Of a stretch of 3,888 nt of DNA, positions 1 through 3,888 are shown piece by piece. This stretch comes from Naegleria gruberi (Eukaryota): NCBI GenBank assembly GCA_000004985.1, contig GG739204.1, one strand, 5' to 3'. The notes under the pieces are model-generated. The model had not been told where the DNA came from. It made no database searches and saw only the letters and a list, made by a program, of their open reading frames with translations. Every line of letters begins with the position of its first letter. The stretch's first letter is position 1. The translations under genes were made by a program, and so were the position numbers.

Positions 1-117
1 ATGCTTTAATATCAATTTCACATTCATAATGAAAGTAACATTTTACCCTTAGACCCACAGTCATTTAAAAGTTTAGAAAATCAAAATATCGGCCTTACCA
101 TTATTCCAACTGACCAC

Positions 118-717
118 TTGATTCGTATTGTGAAACCAGTACAGTGTAAAATCTGTGAGAGCACAAATATACATTTAAGAGAAATTACTAAAAATGGATT
201 TGAACAGATATTCCGTTTTACTTGTTTGGCTTGTAATACGGTATTTGTTTTTAGAACATGTCCAAGGAATCTTAAATTGAATAGACATATTATTCAATCA
301 TTTGAACTCTCGAACTCTACCTATGAATCATTTAAAACATTTACAACCCTTGTCGGATTGCCAATAATTAATAAGAAATCATATTATCAAGCAACAAACA
401 AGTTATGGAGCAGTAGTAGTCAAGTATTAAATCAAGAAATGGACAAGGAATTGGAAAAGATTGCAAATCAGAAAATGAAACAAGTGCTTGGTTCTTTAAT
501 TTCTGCATTTGAACTGGGAAGAGAATGTTGTAGAGTTGCGAGGAACTATTCAACGTTAGTATTTCGACAAATTGTAAACAATAAAATTGAGTTGATAAAT
601 AATTTTATGCTCAAAAAAATTAAGTATATTGAAATGGTTCAAACACCAAGCAAGGCGAATAAAGTCAATGACCTAAAAGGCAGCATTTCTGAGCAACATA
701 CCTCATCCTTTGGATGA
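118..717 (+). CDS. Zinc-ribbon protein resembling the N-terminus of an IS1595/Merlin (IS1 InsA-like) transposase. Possibly the 5' part of a disrupted transposase gene; there is no ATG start (TTG in the track).
   Basis: Frame 1 is open from nt 10 (a TAA sits at 7-9) to the TGA at 715-717. That is 236 codons in 32% GC DNA, where the expected random ORF is about 13 codons. Residues C10-x2-C13-x22-C36-x2-C39 (nt 145..234) read CKICESTNIHLREITKNGFEQIFRFTCLACNTVF. This matches the C-x2-C...NG...R(F/Y)xC-x2-C...F pattern of the Zn_Tnp_IS1595 / IS1 InsA zinc ribbon. A possible HTH-like stretch follows (TLVGLPIINKKSYYQATNKLW). There is no in-frame ATG before codon about 107. The ribbon lies about 10 residues after the TTG at 118, as in bacterial IS1595 transposases, but no SD motif is seen. 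Confidence 0.45.
   Translation: MIRIVKPVQCKICESTNIHLREITKNGFEQIFRFTCLACNTVFVFRTCPRNLKLNRHIIQSFELSNSTYESFKTFTTLVGLPIINKKSYYQATNKLWSSSSQVLNQEMDKELEKIANQKMKQVLGSLISAFELGRECCRVARNYSTLVFRQIVNNKIELINNFMLKKIKYIEMVQTPSKANKVNDLKGSISEQHTSSFG
145..234 (+). other. C4 zinc-ribbon motif (C-x2-C-x22-C-x2-C) within ORF1
   Basis: Direct translation gives TGT 145-147, TGT 154-156, TGT 223-225, TGT 232-234. A KNG motif lies between the Cys pairs and RFTC immediately precedes the second pair. Confidence 0.6.
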
Positions 718-787
718 AGAATATGTTGAGTGAGCTTTTACCCATTGGTTTATCAACGATTGTTTTATTGTTTCTTTTGGAGAAATA

Positions 788-1080
788 TTTTAAAACCACA
801 AAATAATAAAATAATAAATTAAGACAAATGGATTAAAAGTTCAAGGATTGAGACACCATTTGGTGAATCAACCTTGGAACCTGCTTTAAAGGATATAAAT
901 CTTTATTTAGCAGGTCCCTAGAAATTAAAGTGTTTTTAAAACCACAAAATAATAAAATGATAAATTAAGACAAATGGATTAAAAGCTCAAGGATTGAGAC
1001 ACCATTTGGTGAATCAACCTTGGAACCTGCTTTAAAAGGATATAAATCTTTATTTAGCAGGTCCCTAGAAATTAAAGTCT
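788..1080. repeat. Tandem direct duplication, two units of about 145 and 148 bp (788..932 and 933..1080), roughly 97% identical
   Basis: Read directly. ttttaaaaccacaaaataataaaat[a/g]ataaattaagacaaatggattaaaag[t/c]tcaaggattgagacaccatttggtgaatcaaccttggaacctgctttaaa[-/a]ggatataaatctttatttagcaggtccctagaaattaaagt[g/c] occurs twice head-to-tail. There are only 4 differences. All of them fall outside the two internal inverted repeats. Confidence 0.9.
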
Positions 1081-1388
1081 CAAAATTATGAAAAACTTAT
1101 CGATAGTTTTGAAGCTAAAGATAAGAAAAAACATAGAGTATGTGAATAAATTGTAAAACCTGTTCATAAAATCACCATTAGTATATAAAAATCTATATGA
1201 ATTTTCTGAAACAAATGGAATGAAAAATAAAATGATTCGAATCTATTAGAAACTGTCATCCAAAAAATAAGTTAGTGAATAAATGTAAAAATTGCACATC
1301 TTGAATGTACACAGCTGCACTCTGAAATTAGCCCACTTACTGGATGCTAATGAGCGAAAAAGGCTGAAAAATTGTAAATACTAATTAA

Positions 1389-1405
1389 GGGTGGGTATGG
1401 GTGGG
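1389..1405 (+). other. Canonical G-quadruplex-forming motif G3-N1-G3-N3-G3-N1-G3 (GGGTGGGTATGGGTGGG)
   Basis: Four GGG runs at 1389-1391, 1393-1395, 1399-1401 and 1403-1405 with loops T, TAT, T. The surrounding DNA is only about 32% GC, so the motif stands out. It lies about 145 bp upstream of the ORF2 ATG. Function is not inferable from sequence. Confidence 0.5.
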
Positions 1406-1493
1406 ACTTTGCCTTAATGATGACATGATGTTGAGACTATTTTTTGAGCATAATTTTTAAAATAATATTTTAATAATTTTGTATAAAAACACT

Positions 1494-1524
1494 AGTTCTT
1501 CACCATGTTCAGAACTCCCAGTTC
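1494..1524. promoter_or_regulatory. Cluster of AGTTC/GAACT half-sites in alternating orientation (AGTTC..GTTCaGAAC T ccc AGTTC), 25 bp upstream of the ORF2 start. Candidate protein-binding site or small hairpin.
   Basis: Read directly. agttc 1494-1498; palindrome gttc-a-gaac 1507-1515; gaact 1512-1516 and its reverse complement agttc 1520-1524, which form the hairpin gaact-ccc-agttc. A regulatory role is inference only. Confidence 0.25.
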
Positions 1525-1548
1525 CGGCATTGATTTACTCCTTCATTC

Positions 1549-2649
1549 ATGATGCAATATTTTTGGATATCAGTTGATGCAAGATATTCATCTAGGAGAA
1601 ATGTTTACGAATGTACTCTTGTGGTATTCGAAACAAAGGCAAAAAAAACAATTGAACGATCACACGTTATCAAGAAAAGAGCATCTAATAGAAAAAGTGC
1701 CTTACAATGGTTTATGGGAGCCTCTAAATTAATGGAGCCAGAAGCATGTCGTTTAGCAATTACATCTTTGAAACACAAGTCATTTCCAGTAATGGGTTAT
1801 GGTATTTTACATTTCAAAATTGGCTCTTTTGTTCATGACAAAGACTCAACTGTGGCAGCAGTCATCAAAAAATTAGAACCAACAGCATTAGAAAAGTTAG
1901 ATCCAAATCATGTAATCAAAAATCTGAGCAAGGAAGTAGAAGAAAAAGCACCCCGTATTGCCAGTATTATTGTATCATCCTTTAGGAAAGCTCTAAAATT
2001 AGCCAACACCACCACTAATTCAAATGAGAAACTCCAAGCATTATTGAAAGCTTATCCACAACATTTACAAAATAACCATTCTCTGTGCGATTCAGGTTGT
2101 CCACACACAATTAAACCAGAAAAATTGATCACTAAAGAGGAAGCACAAGTTGTTAAAGAAATATTTGACAAACGAATCAAATATAGTCACAAATTTTGTG
2201 ATATTGCATGCAATAGCCAAAACAATGAGTCCATACATAGTACTATTTGTCATACAACACCAAAGACATTAGATTTCAGTCGAAATTATTGTGGAAGAGC
2301 TGATCTGGCAATAGGTGAACGATTGCTTGGAAAATTTGCACAATTAAGAAAAATTCAAAGATTTATTGGTAGTCTCTTCGTGATTCCAAAAGAGCAGGCC
2401 ATCAAGTTAGATACTCAATATCATCAGGATAAAATAAGGAAACAGTCTAAAGCTTATAAGGAAAGAAGAGTGGAGCTTCGGAAAACAAAACTTAAGGTAA
2501 AAGAATCTCCACAGCCAAAGGGAACAATTGGAAGTTGCACATGTTCGAAGGGTTCGACATGTACAAAAGCTTGTCCATGCAGAAAAGCCGGGAAATCATG
2601 TACTTCCAAATGCTCTTGTTCTCTTACCAAATGTCAAACAAAAGTTTGA
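1549..2649 (+). CDS. 366-aa Lys-rich protein with a degenerate IS1595/Merlin-like DDE transposase-core region at its N-terminus, a central Cys/His cluster, a basic NLS-like linker and a C-terminal CXC-type cysteine module. Candidate inactivated or domesticated transposase.
   Basis: Frame 1 is open from 1534 to the TGA at 2647-2649, 372 codons, which is highly non-random in AT-rich DNA. From memory of the DDE_Tnp_IS1595 consensus: LVVFETK resembles vEiDEty, with the first D replaced by F27. FVHDKDS resembles i(T/H)Dgw (D97). LDPNH resembles tVNH. IIVSSFRKALKL resembles NtIEsfWsllKR, with the E position occupied by S. The spacing from first D to second D is about 70 residues. The same HD(K/N) motif also resembles the Tc1/mariner HDNA second-D motif, so the family call is tentative. 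C-terminus: K/R-rich KIRKQSKAYKERRVELRKTKLKVK, then CTCSKGSTCTKACPCRKAGKSCTSKCSC..C. Confidence 0.55.
   Translation: MMQYFWISVDARYSSRRNVYECTLVVFETKAKKTIERSHVIKKRASNRKSALQWFMGASKLMEPEACRLAITSLKHKSFPVMGYGILHFKIGSFVHDKDSTVAAVIKKLEPTALEKLDPNHVIKNLSKEVEEKAPRIASIIVSSFRKALKLANTTTNSNEKLQALLKAYPQHLQNNHSLCDSGCPHTIKPEKLITKEEAQVVKEIFDKRIKYSHKFCDIACNSQNNESIHSTICHTTPKTLDFSRNYCGRADLAIGERLLGKFAQLRKIQRFIGSLFVIPKEQAIKLDTQYHQDKIRKQSKAYKERRVELRKTKLKVKESPQPKGTIGSCTCSKGSTCTKACPCRKAGKSCTSKCSCSLTKCQTKV
2536..2634 (+). other. C-terminal 9-Cys module C-x-C-x5-C-x3-C-x-C-x6-C-x3-C-x-C-x4-C, resembling a tesmin/TSO1 (CRC/CXC) domain
   Basis: Translated directly (TGC 2536-2538 ... TGT 2632-2634). The Cys spacing closely follows the CXC consensus C-x-C-x4-C-x3-YC-x-C-x6-C-x3-C-x-C-x2-C, except that Ala occupies the Tyr position and two loops differ by 1-2 residues. 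A metallothionein-like C-x-C cluster is an alternative reading. Confidence 0.45.
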
Positions 2650-2950
2650 CTTGTAATAATAGATGATTTTTTATTAAAATTGCTAAATTTGTAATTTTGC
2701 CAATAATAGATATTCGAATATTTGTAAACCAACATTTGCACTTCCAATTAAAATAGGTAGACCGCCACCTTAAGGGGTAAATAAATGTAATCTGAACAGA
2801 TAAATGAATTTTCGAGGAATTATGATGAAAAGGATGTAGTGAGAATGGGATTTGATAAAGAGAAGATAAGTAAAAAACATGATGAGGAGTATGATGAAGA
2901 ATAATAGGGAAATGATTTTTCTAACATAGATAAATATAATTTTTGTTCAC

Positions 2951-2974
2951 ATATATATATATATATATATATAT
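2951..2974. repeat. (AT)12 dinucleotide microsatellite
   Basis: Read directly: atatatatatatatatatatatat at 2951-2974. Confidence 0.95.
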
Positions 2975-3133
2975 TCACCCAATAATTTATCAAAAAAATA
3001 AAATACAAAAAATCAATTCTCATATAACAACAAAATAAATTGTGAATATATACAAAAATTAAATTCAAACTCGAATTTAGATCGAGAAACACACTAAACC
3101 ACCAAACGGTACTACTAAGATAAGAATTACAAT

Positions 3134-3415
3134 ATGATGCATGCAATGTATGAGTGCACAATAGATAACCTCGTCAAGCTGTTGGCCATTACATTATCTG
3201 TATGTTTATTGATAGTCATGGTTATTTTCTCTGTCTACCAGTTTAAACTCAAAGGAATGGAGTTTGTTAGTTCTCTCATAGTGGGTGCTCATGTTTCCAT
3301 TCAGTTTTGGATGGATACTCATGAAGAAAGTTATAGTTCAGAAGTTTCTAAAACGGTTGAAAAATACTGCGCAGAAACCAACCATCATCATGATCAGATA
3401 TTAAAATCCATCTAA
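3134..3415 (+). CDS. Hypothetical 93-aa protein with one predicted transmembrane helix (LVKLLAITLSVCLLIVMVIFSVY) and a His-rich C-terminus (NHHHD)
   Basis: ATG ATG start at 3134 with A at -3 (acaatATGa). A TATATA element sits at about 3047-3054, roughly 80 bp upstream. A 23-residue hydrophobic stretch is present. The ORF length is only marginally significant in AT-rich DNA. There is no recognisable homology. Confidence 0.25.
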   Translation: MMHAMYECTIDNLVKLLAITLSVCLLIVMVIFSVYQFKLKGMEFVSSLIVGAHVSIQFWMDTHEESYSSEVSKTVEKYCAETNHHHDQILKSI

Positions 3416-3604
3416 TCAATCCAAGCCAATCTCCCATGTGGCATTTGAAAATAAATATGAATTTCTTATAATCCTTTCTGAGCTCAATGACAGAAAGTTG
3501 CTCCCAACGCTTTTCCAAGAATATGCCAAGTGCTCACCCTTGAACATGTGGTTTTGTTCAAAGAACACCTTATCAAATTTGCTTTCTTTCTCGCCCTTTG
3601 TCAT
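3416..3604 (-). CDS. Hypothetical 62-aa ORF, possibly an exon fragment, convergent with and directly abutting the 3134..3415 ORF
   Basis: From the ORF track. The protein MTKGEKESKFDKVFFEQNHMFKGEHLAYSWKSVGSNFLSLSSERIIRNSYLFSNATWEIGLD has non-repetitive composition. Its length is not statistically significant on its own. Confidence 0.15.
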   Translation of the reverse strand: MTKGEKESKFDKVFFEQNHMFKGEHLAYSWKSVGSNFLSLSSERIIRNSYLFSNATWEIGLD

Positions 3605-3888
3605 TAATTAAGGCACTCAATAATGGAAACCTTTTTTCAAGTGTTGTATTTTATCATGTCAAGTACTTGGGAAACTCGTTTGATGTAGTGGAAGATCCAC
3701 TAGTAATTCAGTAAGTAACAAATCTATCTAATTTGTAACCCAGCATTTCTGAAAATGTCGAATTCATTGTAAAGAAATTAAACCACATTCAAACTTAATG
3801 AATCGTTCCTGATGCCATCCCAGCTTGATATGGAATTAAGTAATACCAATAAGGTGATTTTCAAGGCACTCTATACTGACATCCAACC

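Larger units (their letters stand above)
10..2649 (+). mobile_element. Putative remnant of a Merlin/IS1595-superfamily DNA transposon gene. The Zn-ribbon part (10..717) and the DDE-like part (1534..2649) share a frame and are separated by 816 bp of repeat-containing non-coding sequence. No terminal inverted repeats were identified within the window.
   Basis: The domain order Zn-ribbon, then (HTH), then DD(E)-like core is coherent for IS1595/Merlin transposases. Both ORFs are in frame 1 and the intervening 718..1533 is full of stops. Catalytic positions appear substituted (F27 and S in the ESFW motif), and no ATG begins the first part. Element boundaries and TIRs were not found. Confidence 0.3.

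Noticed and set aside
40-53. Possible terminal inverted repeat: attttacccttaga (40-53) against the reverse complement of 2762-2775 (atttaccccttaag)
   Set aside because: It is only a 12-13 nt gapped match. It is expected by chance in a 3.9-kb AT-rich window compared against itself on both strands. The left copy also lies inside the open reading frame.
118-120. TTG at 118 as a genuine bacterial start codon, with the zinc ribbon 10 residues downstream as in bacterial IS1595 transposases
   Set aside because: There is no Shine-Dalgarno motif upstream. The frame is open a further 36 codons 5' with no ATG. The window as a whole looks non-prokaryotic. It cannot be excluded but is not supported.
368-553. 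61-aa minus-strand ORF inside ORF1
   Set aside because: It lies entirely within the much longer and better-supported + strand ORF. It is short and has no motifs. It is most likely a shadow ORF in AT-rich sequence.
1139-1295. Dispersed 17-mer gtgaataaat(t)gtaaaa at about 1141 and 1275, plus aaaaattgtaaata at 1368
   Set aside because: It is A/T-rich and only 16 of 17 with an indel. It could be a real short motif, but it cannot be separated from compositional coincidence without genome-wide counts.
1549-2649. Alternative reading of ORF2 as a Tc1/mariner DDE remnant (FVHDKDS resembling the HDNA second-D motif, LDPNHVIKNL resembling SPDLNPIENLW)
   Set aside because: The similarity is real at motif level. 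However, the N-terminal Zn ribbon in ORF1 and the SSFRKALK / ESFWSLLKR-like motif fit IS1595/Merlin better. Tc1/mariner transposases carry a paired-like HTH, not a Zn ribbon. This is kept as a caveat rather than the primary call.
2780-2785. AATAAA polyadenylation-like hexamer about 130 bp after the ORF2 stop
   Set aside because: AATAAA occurs many times by chance in 68% AT sequence, including repeatedly inside the tandem repeat. It is not informative on its own.
2820-3161. 113-aa minus-strand ORF
   Set aside because: It spans the (AT)12 microsatellite and the C-poor low-complexity tract. The translation is dominated by Y/I/F/S repeats (IYIYIYI, SSSYSSS). It is open only because the low-complexity sequence lacks stop codons in that frame.
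3611-3871. 9-mer aaggcactc repeated at 3611 and 3863
   Set aside because: Dozens of exact 9-mer repeats are expected by chance in 3.9 kb. There is no surrounding extended similarity.

Overview
This is an AT-rich window (about 32% GC by my own count of sampled lines) with low coding density, an (AT)12 microsatellite and no Shine-Dalgarno-like motifs ahead of the ORFs. It reads more like eukaryotic nuclear DNA, or a very degraded AT-rich symbiont genome, than a typical prokaryotic gene cluster. I cannot determine the organism without a database search.

The main feature is two long ORFs on the + strand, both in frame 1. The first (open from nt 10, track start 118, ending at the TGA at 717) begins with a C-x2-C-x22-C-x2-C zinc ribbon. 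That ribbon carries the NG and R-F/Y-x-C signature of IS1/IS1595 (eukaryotic Merlin) transposase N-termini. The second (1549..2649) contains a region that matches, from memory of the consensus, the IS1595/Merlin DDE core with two catalytic positions substituted. It continues through a Cys/His cluster and a Lys/Arg-rich linker to a C-terminal 9-Cys module arranged like a tesmin/TSO1-type CXC domain.

The two ORFs are separated by 816 bp of non-coding DNA (718..1533). That stretch contains a near-perfect tandem duplication of about 146 bp (788..932 and 933..1080) in which each unit carries two hairpins, a canonical G-quadruplex motif GGGTGGGTATGGGTGGG (1389..1405), and a cluster of GTTC/GAAC palindromes immediately upstream of ORF2.

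Downstream lie an (AT)12 microsatellite and a 93-aa ORF with a single predicted transmembrane helix. That ORF is abutted by a convergent 62-aa ORF.

My best reading is a Merlin/IS1595-like transposase gene that has been interrupted, and either degenerated or domesticated, and that has acquired a C-terminal CXC zinc module. All family assignments are motif-level recollection. None was confirmed by a search.
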